Shown here piece by piece: positions 1-12,800 of a stretch of DNA of 64,000 bases. Numbering within the stretch: position 1 is the first letter of the stretch; each line of letters opens with the position of its first letter. The notes beneath the pieces are model-generated. The model was not told where the DNA came from. It saw nothing but the letters and a program-made list of their open reading frames with translations, and did no database searches. The translations under genes were made by a program, and so were the position numbers. Source of the stretch: Heptranchias perlo (lineage: Eukaryota); NCBI RefSeq assembly GCF_035084215.1, contig NC_090327.1, positions 31,496,001 through 31,560,000 of the forward strand, in the 5' to 3' direction.

Positions 1-1160
1 AGTGGAATCTTTTAGCCCTGGATTCCATTCCAGTGGTCTGTGAAAATGTGGTTTAAAACTGTCAGATGTTTACTCTAGTTATATATTAATAATAACTACC
101 TAAATAAATAAATAAATGCCTTCTTTGGATGAGCTAGAGAACTATTTATGAATCCAAGCAGCTCTGGTTTTATTTAGGCACTTTCAATCTGCAATCAGCT
201 TTGGTTTCAGACAACGTTTCTGACTGTTGCAGGTAAAACATGAACAGATGCCGTAGGTAAAAGCCTTTGAGAAATATGAATCCAGCTCTCCCACCAGCTT
301 GGCAAATGTAGCTAATGAGAAGCTGAGCTATACATCTCAGATTTGATTCCTCTAGTTGTCCTGAGTTAGTTGATCTCAGTGGTCGAATACACTACTGACA
401 TTAACTATCTAGGCTCACAGTGAAGAATAGGCACTAGGATGTGATACCAAGTGGGCAACCAGTACCCATGGAACCATACTTCAACTAGAGTTCAGAAGAG
501 GAGGGAAATCTGAATCAGTACTGCAGACTCAATCAGAAAAAAAGGAATTCCAAATCCTACTGGGCACCACCATTTGAGAGTTGCAATCTTTCCAAGTTTG
601 TGTTAATTTAAAAAAATGCATCTTCTGTCATCCAACAAAATATATCATCTATTGAAATCAAATGTATTGCTGTTAGAAATTGGACAACTGGAGATCACTG
701 TTTTGCAGGAGCAATTAATGGCTTCAAGTCATTTACTGTCTAAAACACTGATTCAGAGTAAACCTCAGTATCTCTCTGTCTTCATAGGAGAAATGCATTG
801 ATAAATATGTTTAGCAGTGATCATATTGTATATGGTATCTTTACCACTCACACACATATATAGGACTGGGTATGAAATCTATCCCATATCTCCCTGGGTA
901 TAGTTTCTGTTGAAGTGAGATGGTTCAGTCGGGGGTCCAATGTTATTAACCATGGCATCCCATCGCCACACAAAAAAAAGCAATTACACCGAGAAACTAA
1001 GTAATGTAAAGTTTGTATCTATCCCACCCTGGAGCACATTCTTAGCTAAGACATCTATCTGGCTTTGATGGTTCCATCTCAGATGGTTGGTACCTTCAGA
1101 CTGTCTGTTACCCAACATCCTATAAAAATTCCAAGTGTGTATTTTTATTTTTTTACTTAC

Positions 1161-1380
1161 TTTCCCCTTCGATCTTTTCACACGTCCTGCACCAGGTGAT
1201 CTGCCTGGTTTCTAGTTTAACCTGAAAAGTTTTTCTCTCCGGTCGCTGGGACTTTTTCTGATAATATAATGTCATGACAGTTCCCAGCTCCAAGTTTCGG
1301 ATGATCCTGCTAACTTCTGCCTCCATTCTCCCATCTTCCAGCAAAAATCCATTTGGAAAACCGACTCTGGACGCTGACAT
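1161..1380 (-). CDS. PLCG1: First coding exon of a phospholipase C-gamma-1-like gene (N-terminal PH domain start); the rest of the gene lies beyond the left edge of the window
   Basis: AAG-ATG at 1380 gives MSASRVGFPNGFLLEDGRMEAEVSRIIRNLELGTVMTLYYQKKSQRPERKTFQVKLETRQITWCRTCEKIEGE, matching the PLCG1 motif LEVGTVMTLFYSKKSQRPERKTFQVKLETRQITW. It ends at a phase-1 A|GTAAGT donor (1160-1155). Orthology (PLCG1 versus a paralogue) is uncertain. Confidence 0.9.
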
Positions 1381-2200
1381 CTTCAGAGCATCATTCAAGA
1401 AATTATTTTTATTTTAAGAAAAGTAAATAAAACCCGATTTAATTGAACAACAACAAAAAAAAAACGCACCACGTTTTTAATTAGAATTTTAAATTGCCTC
1501 TTTCCCCTGCTTTTATTTTTTGCTGCAATAGGCTTCAAAGTGAAATCGGGAAGCAATCCTGTTGACCAGGACAAGTAAGCGAATAGTAGGGTTTCTTCCT
1601 CTAATATATATTTTATATAATTAAACGTGGAAAAAAATGCCAATAAAATTGCTCCAATGTTGCGGTGTTGGATCTTTGCCTGCTTCCTGGATGTCTGGAC
1701 GTTCTTCCCCTTTCTGTCAAATCCTTGTACTGGCAGACACACTGAAGATGGCTGAGTACTGCTGGAAATAAATATATCTACACACACACACATATATATA
1801 TATATTTCTCCTTGCCCCCCACCCCCCGCCTTTTTTTGTCAGTTTTAGTCCAAGTGAAATCGACACGGTCGAAAGGCAGAGCCGAGCCCAGAGGAAACAG
1901 TACATACATACATAGCCGGAAAGAGATCAGAGACAGGAATCTGAAATATTACAGGATTGGGGGAGGAAGGGGGAGAGTGAGGGAAAAAAAAGAGTTGGAA
2001 ACATGAAAAACAGCGACATCTAGAGAGAAGGGGAGAATAAAAATTAGAATGAGAGAGGATTGAAAAGGTGTGAAAGAGAGAAATATGAGGCAAAAACGAA
2101 TGCTAAGTCGGACAACTAGTACGCAAATGGCAAGGGCTAGAGTGGAGGAGGCAGTCAGTGAGGGATAATCATTATATAATATTTATATCGTGCCTCATGA
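1381..2200 (-). promoter_or_regulatory. Probable 5' UTR/promoter region of the PLCG1-like gene
   Basis: Unique, repeat-free sequence just upstream of the ATG, with more CpGs than its surroundings, a (CA)n(TA)n tract at about 1780-1805 and a C-rich GC-box-like tract at about 1815-1830. The TSS cannot be placed. Confidence 0.4.
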
Positions 2201-2900
2201 CAAACAAATGTCTCAAGAGGCTTTGCACAACGAATTGCTTTCGGAGTGCAGTGACTTGTTATGGGGGATAGGAGACAATTTGAAATTAGACAGATGCTGT
2301 GGGAAGAGAGTCAATTTATAAAATACCACCAGGGAAGAGGTGACAGCAGAAACAGGAATTTGGAGAAAAGGGAAAGATAAAATGAGAGAAAGATGTGGCA
2401 AAGAGAAAAACAAAGCCATTTCAAAAATAAACGTTTTGTGATGCTCTGCTAGATGGTATGAGTCGCTGATAGGCCACTTAACACTATAAGGCCATATATG
2501 TGACCACTTTGGAGACTACTTCACTGCCTCACAATATTTGCCACACAACATATGGATTTCTATATCTACAAACATCGTAAACCCGTTTGTGACAAGTCCC
2601 AATATTGAGTATTTCTAGTGAAATCAGAAACATCCTCTTTAAATCGAAAGAAATCTTCAATTAACTATGTTGCTAGACATAATAATCAGATTAATTCTTA
2701 GCCTCCCTCATGATGAAAAGGGAAACATTACTCTGAAAATAATAAGATGCAGAGCAACAAAGCCTTTCATAAGATAGTAAGGAAAGAAAAATTGACAAAC
2801 GAGGAAGAAATTGCAAAATAAAAAGAGGTGAGAGTGTTACCACTGAGCCAAGGCAGATACCTATGCGTAGGCGTAGGCTTCGAGGAGTTCCTGACATTTA

Positions 2901-2985
2901 CCTGAGGAAGGAGGAAGCCTCCGAAAGCTTGTAAATTTCAAATAAAATCGTTGGACTATAACTTGGTGTTGTAAAATTGTTTACA
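2901..2985 (+). mobile_element. Short Penelope-like terminal remnant with a minimal hammerhead-like core
   Basis: CTGAGGA-A-GGAGG-AAG-CCTCC-GAAA-GCTT followed by an AATAAA-containing tail; a near-identical inverted copy lies at 63751-63833. Confidence 0.6.
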
Positions 2986-2998
2986 CCTATTATAAGAA

Positions 2999-3096
2999 AT
3001 AAAAACAGAAAATGCTGGAAAACCCTCAGCAGGTCAGGCATCATCTGTGAAGAGAGAAACAGATTTAAGGTTTCAGGTCGATGACCTTTCATTAGA
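2999..3096 (-). mobile_element. Short Penelope-like remnant of a second family, with a 14-bp target-site duplication
   Basis: Flanked by ACCTATTATAAGAA at 2985-2998 and 3097-3110; related decayed copies at about 14910-15010, 19975-20190 and 41880-42020. Confidence 0.6.
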
Positions 3097-3519
3097 ACCT
3101 ATTATAAGAAGGCTGCACTGGAGCTATTATTATATAATATATACTGACTTTTATTTAAACCATATGCTGTTTATTGTATGTGCAGAATATGTTCACAATC
3201 TTATGTGGGTTTTTTTGTGTTGTTGTTTTTATCTCTCTGTGTCTCTTCTGTTTTTCTCTTTCTCTTCTCTCCCTAACATTTCTTTTTGCTTCTCTCTTTG
3301 TCCTCCTTTGCTTTTTCCTCTGTCTTTTTCTTTTTTCTTTCCTTTTGGGTGGGTGACAAGGTATGGCAGAGAAAGGAGCCATGAACAGCTGTAGGCAGCA
3401 TTTAAGATGGAGGGTATGGGGAAAATGTATCCCTCAGCAGATCACTTTCCATCCTCACAATCACTTGTGCTTCTTCCCACTATTGCTTCAACTGTGTCCT
3501 TACCCCTTCACCTTCCAAC

Positions 3520-6500
3520 TATAGGTATATAAATAGTAAACGGGTAGTAAGAGGAGAGGTGGGGTCAATTGGGGATCAAAATGGAGACTTACTCATGGAG
3601 GCAGAGGGCACGGCTGAGGTATTAAATAAGTACTTTGCATCTGTCTTTACTTTGCATCTATCCAGCTTAATCCCACTTTCCAGCACTTGGTCTGTAGCCC
3701 TGTAGATTACGGCACTTCAAGTGCACATCCAAGTACTTTTTAAATGAGTTGAGGGTTTCTGCCTCTATCACCCTTTCAGGCAGTGAGTTCCAGACCCCCA
3801 CCACCCTCTGGGTGAAAAAACTTCTCCTCAGCTCCCCTCTAATTCTTCTACCAATTACTTTAAATTTATGCCCCCTGGTCACTGACCCCTCTGCTAAGGG
3901 AAATAGGTCCTCCCTATCCAATCTATCTAGGCCCCTCAAAATTTTATACACCTCAATTAAATCTCCCCTCAGCCTCCTTTGTTCCAAAGAAAACAACCCC
4001 TGCCTATCCAATATTTTCTCATAGCTAAAATTCTCCAGCCCTGACAACATCCTCGTAAATCTCCTCTGTACCCTCTCTAGTGCAATCACATCTTTTCTGT
4101 AATGTGGCGACCAGAACTGTACGCAGTACTTAAGCTGTGGCCTAACAAGTGTTTTATACAGTTCTAGCATAACCTTCCTGCTCTTATATTCTATGCCTTG
4201 GCTAATAAAGGAAAGTATCCCATATGCCTTCTTAACCATCTTATTTACCTGTCCTGCTACCTTCAGGAATCTGTGGACATGCACTCCAAGGTCCCTCACT
4301 TCCTCTACACCTCTCAGTATCCTCCCATTTATTGTGTATTCCCTTGCCTTGTTTGCCCTCCCCAAATGCATCACCTCATACTTCTCCGGATTGAATTTCA
4401 TTTGCCATTTTGCTGTCCACCTGACCAATCCATTGATAGCTTCCTGCAGTCTACAGCTTTCCTCCTCACTATCAACCATACGGCCAATTTTTGTATTATC
4501 TGCAAACTTATTAATCATGCCCCCACGACATTCAAGTCCATATCATTATCATATACCACAAAAAGCAAGTGACCTAGTGCTGAGCCCTGCGGAACCCCAC
4601 TGGAAACAGCCTTCTAGCCACAAAAACACCTGTCGACCATTACCCTTTCCTTCCTGCCACTGAGCCAATTTTGGATCCAACTTTCCAATCTCCCTTGGAT
4701 CCCATAGGCGTTTACTTTTTTGACCAGTCTGCCATGAGGGACCTAGTCAAAAGCCTTGCAAAAATCCATGAACACTACATCAAACGCATTACCTTCATCT
4801 ACCCTCCTTGTTACCTCCTCAAAAAATTCAATCAAGTTAGTCAGCCATGACCTTCCCTTCACAAATCTGTGCTGACTGTCCTTGATTAACCCATGCCTTT
4901 CTAAATGACAATTTATGCTGTCCCTCAGAATTGATACCGATAATTTGCCCACCACCGTGGTTAGACTGACTGGCTTATAATTACTCGGTCTATCCTTTTC
5001 TCCCTTTTTCAACGTTAGCAGTCCTCCAATCCTCCGGCACCATGCCTGTAGCCAGGGAGGATTAGAAAATAATGGTCAGAGCCTCTGTTATTTCCTCTCT
5101 TGCTTCTCTTAACAGCCTGAGATACATTTCATCTGGGCCTGGCAATTTATCTACTTTCAAAGGTGCTAACCCGTTTAATACTCCTCTCTCACTATGTTTA
5201 TCCCATCCAATATTTCACACTTCTCCTCCTTAACTATAATCTCTGCATCGTCCCCCTCTTTTGTGAAGTCAGACACAAAGTATTCATTAGGAACCGTACC
5301 CACCTCTTCCGCCTCCACACATAGGTTACCTTTTTGGTTTCTAATAGGCCATACTTTTTCCTTAGTTATTCTCTTGTTCTTTATGTGTTTATGAAATATC
5401 TTTGGGTTTTCTTTGATTTTACTTGCCAATATTTTTTCATGCCCTCTCTTTGCTTTCCTAATTAATTTCATCCCTGCGTTTTCTATACTCCTGTAGGCTT
5501 TCTGCAGTATTGAACTCTCGGTACCTGTCATAAGCTTCCCTTTTTTGCCGTATCTTACCCTGTATGCTACTTGTCATCCGGGGGCTCTTGATTTGGCAGT
5601 CTCACCCTTTTTCTTTGTTGAGATACTGGATGGGCTAAACATTGATAAAGAGGAGGTACTAGAAAGGCTGGCTGTACTTAAAGTAGATAGGTCACTAGGT
5701 CCGGATGGGATGCATTCTAGGTTGCTGCGGGATTAAGGGTGGAAATTGCGGAGGTACTGGCCATAATCTTCCAATCATCCTTAGATACAAGGATGGTGCC
5801 AGAGGACTGGAGAATTGCAAATGTTAGACCCTTGTTCAAAAAAGGGTGTAAGGATAAACCCAGCAACTACAGGCCAGTCAGTTTAACCTCAGTGGTGGGG
5901 GAGATTTTAGAAACAGTAATCTGGGACAAAATTAACAGTCAATTGGACAAGTGTGGATTAATTAAGGAAAGCGAGCATGGATTTGTTAGAGGCAAATCGT
6001 GTTTAACTAACCTGAGTGGGTTGATGTGGTGTATATGGATTTCCAAAAGGCGTTTGATAAAGTGCCACGTAATAGTCTTGTCATCAAAGTTGAAACCCAT
6101 GAAATAAAAGGGTCAGCGACAGCATGGATATGAAATTGACTAAGTGACAGGAAACAGAGAGTAGTGGTGAACGGTTGTTTTTTGGACTGGAGGAAGGTAT
6201 ACAGTGGTGTTCCCCAGGGGTTTGTACCAGGACCACTGCTTTTCTTGATATATATTAATGACTTGGACTTGAGAGTACAGGGCACAATTTCCAAATTTGC
6301 AGATGACACAAAACTTGGAAGTGTAGTGAACAGTGAGGAGGATAGTAATAGGCTTCAAGAGGACATAGATAGACTGGTGGTGGAATGGGCCGACATGTGG
6401 CAGGTGAAATTTAATGCAGAAAAGTGCGAAGTGATACATTTTGGTAGGAAGAATGAGGACAGGCAGTATAAATTAAATGGAACAATGCTAAAGGGGGTGC

Positions 6501-7215
6501 AGGAACAGAAAGACCTGGAGGAAAGGTGCACAGGTCGTTGAAGGTGGCGGGGCAGGTTGAGAAAGCGGTTAAAAAAGCATATGGGTTCCTGGGCTTTATA
6601 AATAGAGGCATAGAGTACAAAAGCAAGGAAGTTATGATGAACCTTTATAAAACACTGGTTTGGCCACAATTGGAGTATTGTGTCCAATTCTGGACACTGC
6701 ATTTTTGGAAGGATGTGAAGGCCTTGGAGATGGTGCAGAAAAGATTTACTAGAATGGTTCCAGGGATGAGGGACTTCAGTTATGTGGATAGACTGGAGAA
6801 GCTGGGGTTGTCCTCCTTAGAGCAGAGAAGGTTGAGAGGAGATTTGATAGAGGTATTCAAAATCATGAGGGATCTAGATAGAATAGATAGAGAGAAACTG
6901 TTCCCATTGGTGGAAGGGTCGAGAACCAGAGGACACAGATGTAAGGTGATTGGCAAAAGAACCAAAGGCGACATGAGGAAAAACTTTTTTATGCAGCGAG
7001 TGGTTATGATCTGGAATGCACTGCCTGAGGGGGTGATGGAGGCAGATTCAATCATGGCTTTCAAAAGAGAATTGGATAAGTACTTGAAAGAAAAAAATTT
7101 CCGGGGAAAGGGCGGGGGAGTGGGACTAGCTGGATTGCTCTTGCAGAGAGCCAGCACGGACTCAACGGGCCAAATGGCCTCCTTCTGAGCTGTAACCATT
7201 CTACGATTCTATGGT
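3520..7215 (+). mobile_element. CR1-type LINE (ORF2 remnants at about 3520-3655 and 5617-7215), interrupted by an antisense CR1
   Basis: RT motifs [25 protein letters not shown] and [11 protein letters not shown]; frameshifted; ATTCT-type tail at about 7200. Confidence 0.9.
3660..5616 (-). mobile_element. CR1-type LINE ORF2 remnant nested in the plus-strand CR1
   Basis: ORFs 3667-4518, 4743-5012 and 5175-5531 with KFADNTK, YMDF-like and [12 protein letters not shown] motifs. Confidence 0.92.
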
Positions 7216-8124
7216 ACCTTCTCCCCTTCCTACAATGCTTCACTCCCCTCAATAGTCCACAACTCTTCCCCTTTTAAATATCCACTCAGCCCCTATATCC
7301 TCCCTGCACTGCCTCATTTACATAATTTGGCAAGCTACTCTATAGGTAGTTCGCTAATCTGAGGGCAGGAAATCTGACAGGGCACCCAGTTTTGAAAGGC
7401 CTGTAGCAGCACCCACAGGCAGCTGGAAGCATTTTGAGTGCAAATTGTTGTTGCTGTTGAAATAAAGCACCAGTCTTGAGGAGGAATCAATAATTTTGTA
7501 GCACCTACAGCAGAAAGGACATTAATTGTGGAAGCCTTTAAGTCTCAAAACCTACAAGAGACTGCAAAAAAATGTTTGCTAATCCTGCTTCCAGTTTACT
7601 CTGACTACAGCTGAGGATATCAATTCACCATTACTTCTCGACTTTTATATTTTATACCTCTTTCTATAAACCCCAACATTCCATTAACTTTCTTTAGGGC
7701 CTTATCCATTTGAGGTGCTGCTTGTAATGCCTTGTGGAAGGATTTGGGATTCATGTGCACATCACCCAACCTTTCTCCATTCAAAGTATTTTGTTATTCG
7801 CCAATTAGGACAGAGGCAAACAGAAGAAAATTGATGAACATGAAAGACTAATCTTTTGATCAGACTATTATATAACCTATATACTGACTTATTATTGTAT
7901 AATGTACATAGACTGATATCCATTATGTTATATATACCATTTGAACCCCTTGATTAAATTCCAACCAGTAACTCATTCCGTGGTGTCCTTTATAGGCCAA
8001 CCAAACTTTTCAATTGACTTCCAGCACACAACTCACTTCTGGGTATCTCTTATTCTGTATATAAACTATCTCAACCCTTTGATTAGTTTCTAGCCTGTAA
8101 ATCAGTCCTAGGGATCCATTATTA

Positions 8125-10085
8125 TTATAGAATCAAAGACTGATACAACACAGGAGGCCATTCAGCCCATTGTGCCTATGCTGGCTCTATGAAAGAGCTA
8201 TCCAATTAGTCCCACTCCCCTACCCTTTCTCCATAGCCCCGCAAATTTTTCCCTTTCAAGTATTTACCCAATTTTCTTTTGAAAGTTATTATTGAATCTG
8301 CTTCCACCATCCTTTCAGGCAGTGAATTCCAGATCATAACAACTCACTGTGTTAAAAAAATTCTCCTCATCTTGCCTCTGGTTCTTTTCCAATTTCCTTA
8401 AATCTGTGTCCCCTGGTTACTGACCCTTCTGCCACTGGAAAGTTTCTCCTTATTTACTCTATCAAAACTCTTCATGATTTTGAATACCTCTATTAAATCT
8501 CCCCTCAACTTTCTCTGCTTTAAGCAGAACAACCCCAGCTTCTCTAATCTCTCTATGTACCTGAAGTCACTTATCCCTGGTACTATTCTAGTAAATCTCC
8601 TCTGCACCCTCTCTAAGGCCTTAACATCCTTCCTAAAGTGTGGTGTCCAGAATTGGATGCAATACTTCAGCTGAGAGCTAACCAGTGATTTATAAAGGTT
8701 TAGCATAACTTCCTTGCTTTTGTACTCTAAAGCCAAGGATCCCGTATGCTTTTTTAGCAGTCTTCTCAACTTGTCCTGCCACCTACAAAGATTTGTGTAC
8801 GTACACCCGCAGGTCTCTCTGTTCCTGCACCCCTTTAAAATTGTACCATTTAGTTTATATTGCCTCTCCTCGTTCTCCCTACCAAAATGCATCACTCCAT
8901 ACTTTTAGTATCATAGTAGGTGCAGCACAGCAGGAGGCTATTCGGCCCATGTGCCTGTGCTAGCCTTTTGAAAGCTATCCAATTAGTCCCATTCCCATGC
9001 TCTTCCCCATTGCCCTGTAAATTTTTTCCCTTCAAATATTTATCTAATTCCCTTTTAAAAGTTACTATTGAATCTGCTTCCACCACCCTTTCAGGCAGTG
9101 CATTCCAGATCATTACAACTTGCTGCGTAAAAAAATGTTTCCTCATGTCGCCTCTGGCTCTTTTGACGATCACCTTAAATCTGTGTCCTCTGGTTACCAA
9201 CCCTTCTGCCACTGGATCGGTTTCTCCTTATTTAGTCTACCAAAACCGTTCATGATTTTGAACACCTCTATCAAATCTCCTCTTAACCTTCCCTGTTCAA
9301 AGAAGAACAACCCCAGCTTCTCCACATAACTGAAATCCCTCATCCCCGGTACCATTCTAGTAAATCTCTTCTGCATTCTCTCTAAGGCCTTGACATCTTT
9401 GCTAAAGTGTGGTGCCCAGAATTGAACACAATACTCCAGCTACAGCCTAACCAGTATTTTATAAAGGTTTAGCATAACTTCCTTGCTTTTGGACTCTACG
9501 CCTCTACTAATAAATCCCAGGATCCCATATGCTTTTTTAACAGCCTTCTCAACTTGTCCTGCCACCTTCAAAGATTCGTGTACATTCTCTCTGTTCCTGC
9601 ACTCCCTTTAAAATTGTAGCTTTTAGTTTATATTGCCTCTCCTCCTTCTTCCTTCTAAAATGTATCACTTCACACTTCTGTGTTAAATTTCATCTGCCAT
9701 CTGTCTGCCCATCTCACCAGTTCGTCCATGTCTTCTTGAAGTCCGTTACTATCCTCCACATTGTTTACTACATTTCCAAGTTTCATGTCATCTGTAAACT
9801 TTGAAATTATACCCTCTATACCCAAGTGAAGGTCATTAATACATATCAAAAAGAGCAATGGTCCTAATATTGGCCCCTGGGGAACACCACAGTATACTTC
9901 CCTCCCATCTGAAAAACCATTCACCACTACTCTCTGCTTTCTGTCTTTTAATCAATTTTGTATCCACGCTGCCACTGCCCCTTTAATCCCAAGGGCTTCA
10001 ATTTGGCTAACATCTATTATGTGGTACTTTATCAAACACCTTTTGAAAGTCCATATACACATCAACCACATATCCTTCATCAAAC
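8125..10085 (-). mobile_element. Two abutting 5'-truncated CR1 LINEs (about 8125-8895 and 8905-10085)
   Basis: The ORF2 C-terminal motifs and 3' UTR each appear twice. Confidence 0.88.
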
Positions 10086-10889
10086 CTAATTTATATTCCC
10101 TATAAAAAAACAACTGAATCCCTCAGTTAGGTTCCAGTCTCTAACTCATTGTTGGTATCCATGATTCTGTACATAAACCACTTTAGTCCCTCCATTAGAT
10201 TGCAGTGTATAACTTACTGCCAGGTATCTATTAGATATCAACACTCTGGCATGTTTATCCTTATTGCATATTAGGAGCAGGAATCCTGGTGGCTTTCTCT
10301 TTCTGCTGAACACGTGTATGCTGAGGACAATTGTAGCTCTCCTACTTAATTTCCCTCATCTACCCTCCTGCTCTTTTCAACCTCAGTGGTGTCCTTCTCT
10401 ATGGACCGCAGTCTTTGCCAAAATTTTCCAATTAAAAAAAAAGAAAATCGAGCATTTTTGCCACCCATCCGATTTAATTCTTTTAATCTAAATGTGAAAA
10501 CTCAAGTTGTTTTCCATAGATAATATTTCCATGGCCCCAGAGTACATTTAAAAGAAGCATTTCCTGTCTCTAAACTGGTTTTGAGTTGTTCTGTTTACAG
10601 CTGGACTGCACCTTTATTTATATTTTGTTCATCTGTTGTTAGGTGTGTGTATGTGCTTGGTTAATTACTATATACTTTAAATGGTAGAATGTCTAATAGT
10701 GCATTACCACCAACAACTTAAGTTGTTGCAGCTAATAAGTATTTATGTTTCTCCCTTTATGCCAAATAAGTGCTCTCCTCCTGGAATATTGGTAAGAATT
10801 ATTGTGATTAGTTAAATCGCTAACCTATGTCATAATGTGAAATGTTTTTTTTGTTAAATTGCTGGAGACCAAGTGGTGGAGGAAGTGGC

Positions 10890-11505
10890 ATAAGAACACA
10901 AGAAATATGAACAGGAGCAGGCCATACGGTCCCTTGAGCCTGCTCCACCATTCAAAAAGATCATAGCTGATTTTCGACTTCAACTCCACTTTCCCACATA
11001 TCCCCATAGCCCTTGGTGTTCAAAAATCCATTGATCTCAGCCTTGAATATACTCAACGACTGAGCCCTCTAGGGTAGAGAATTCCAAAGATTCACAACCC
11101 TCTGAGTGAAGAAATTTCTCCTCATCTCAGTTCTAAATGGCCAACCCCTTATTCTGAGACTATGTCCTCTAGTTCTAGATTCTCCAGCCAGGGGAAACAG
11201 CCACTCAGCATCCACCCTGTCATGCCCTCTCAGAATCTTATGTTTAAATGAGATCACCTCTCATTCTTCTAAACTCCAGAGAGTATAGGCCCATTCTATT
11301 CAATTTCTCCTCATAGGCTAACCCTCTCATTCCAGGAATCAATCTAGTGAACCTTTGTTGCACCATGTCTACGGCAAGTCTATCCTTCCTTAGATAAGGA
11401 GATCAAAACTGTACACAGTACTGCAGGTGTGGTCTCACCAAAGCCCTGTACAATTGCAGCAAGACTTTTTTTTACTCTGGTACTCCAACCCCCTTACAAT
11501 AAAGT
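10890..11505 (-). mobile_element. CR1 LINE 3' fragment
   Basis: [27 protein letters not shown]. Confidence 0.85.
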
Positions 11506-11869
11506 TCAAGGCATTCAGATCATTTGGGGATCACCCATGGTAGAGGCTGGGTTCCCAATATTAGGACCAAAGGGGCATTCATTACAGGGATGGAATGGTG
11601 CATTACTGTGCTTGGGGCAGCAGGAAATAAAGAGGGTGAGTTGAAAAAGTAATTGAAAAGCAAAGGCAGGAATTGTGAAACAAGGTGAAAGAGTGCAATT
11701 AAGTGGTGGGGACAGGGAGAATGACATAAAGACATGCATTTACATAAGTGCCTTTCACAACCTCAGGACATTCCAAAGCACTTTACAGCCAATGAAGTAC
11801 TTTTTGAAGTGTAGTCCCTGTTGTAATGTAGGAAACATTACATGGAGGGGCGAGGTTCGGGCAGTGAAT

Positions 11870-12800
11870 GTCCCCTAGACCTTTAATAGATTTAAAGGAA
11901 CTTGCCTAGGACCACTACAGATTTTAATTCTCATAACAATGACTTGGATTCAGAACTCAACACAAAGTGATCAAATTTGCAGGTGGTATCAAACTGGTAG
12001 GGCCAGTGGATTCAGAGGAGGCAGCTCAGAAATTACAGAATAAGTTGAATAAAATATATTTAAGTGGGCAGAAAAATGGCAGATGAAATTTAATGCAGAC
12101 AAATATAAAGTATTGCACATACCAAAAAAAATGACTGACTTATTCCATGTATGTTAGAGTAGGCAAGTACAAAACCAAGAGAGATCTAGGAGTCTTAGCA
12201 GTTAGTCTTAGATTAGGGTTGCTTAACAAACCAATGCAGAGCAGTAATTAACAAAACCAATAGGATGTTGAACTATAAAGCCAAAACAGTAGAATACAAG
12301 TCAGAGGAGATAGTGATCAAACTTTATAGTACTCTGGTCAGACTGCACCTTGAATATAGCATCCAGTCCTACTCACCAAGACACAACAGATAGATGCAGT
12401 GCACAGAAGAGCCACAAGGCTGTGTCCTAGTGTCAAAAGGCTGAACTATGAGGAAAGACTGGAGGGACTTGGGCTTTTCAGCCTGGAAAGCAGGCATCTG
12501 AGAGGTGATCTCATTTGAGGTATGGAAAATAGTAATTCAAATAGGAAAGGTAAACCTGGGATATTACTTTAATCTGAGAGCAGGATAAGGAGACAGATTC
12601 AAGTTAGTCAAAAATCAATTTAGTCAGGAAATTCTTCATACAAACTATGATCAAAATGAGAGATTTGAGAGTAGTGGAGGCAAAAAACCTTTGAATCAGT
12701 GAATGTTGCATTGGGGGAGGAGCATATGGCTGTTCTGAATGGATGAATTAAGAAGGGTCAAATGGCCTTCCTCCTCTGTAATTATCTTGTGATCTTGTAA
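11870..12800 (+). mobile_element. Old, decayed CR1 LINE 3' fragment
   Basis: Degenerate KFA, WQMKFN, RLHLEY and LRGDL motifs recognisable at DNA level. Confidence 0.7.

Noticed and set aside
1381-1398. ORF-track N-terminal extension MNDALK of the PLCG1-like exon
   Set aside because: It starts at TTG; the first in-frame ATG, with a purine at -3, is at 1380
3047-3394. Overlapping hydrophobic and Lys/Arg-rich ORFs
   Set aside because: Products of a CT-rich low-complexity tract; no splice or homology support
3667-4518. 283-aa ORF as a host gene
   Set aside because: It is the C-terminal part of CR1 ORF2, with upstream parts frameshifted
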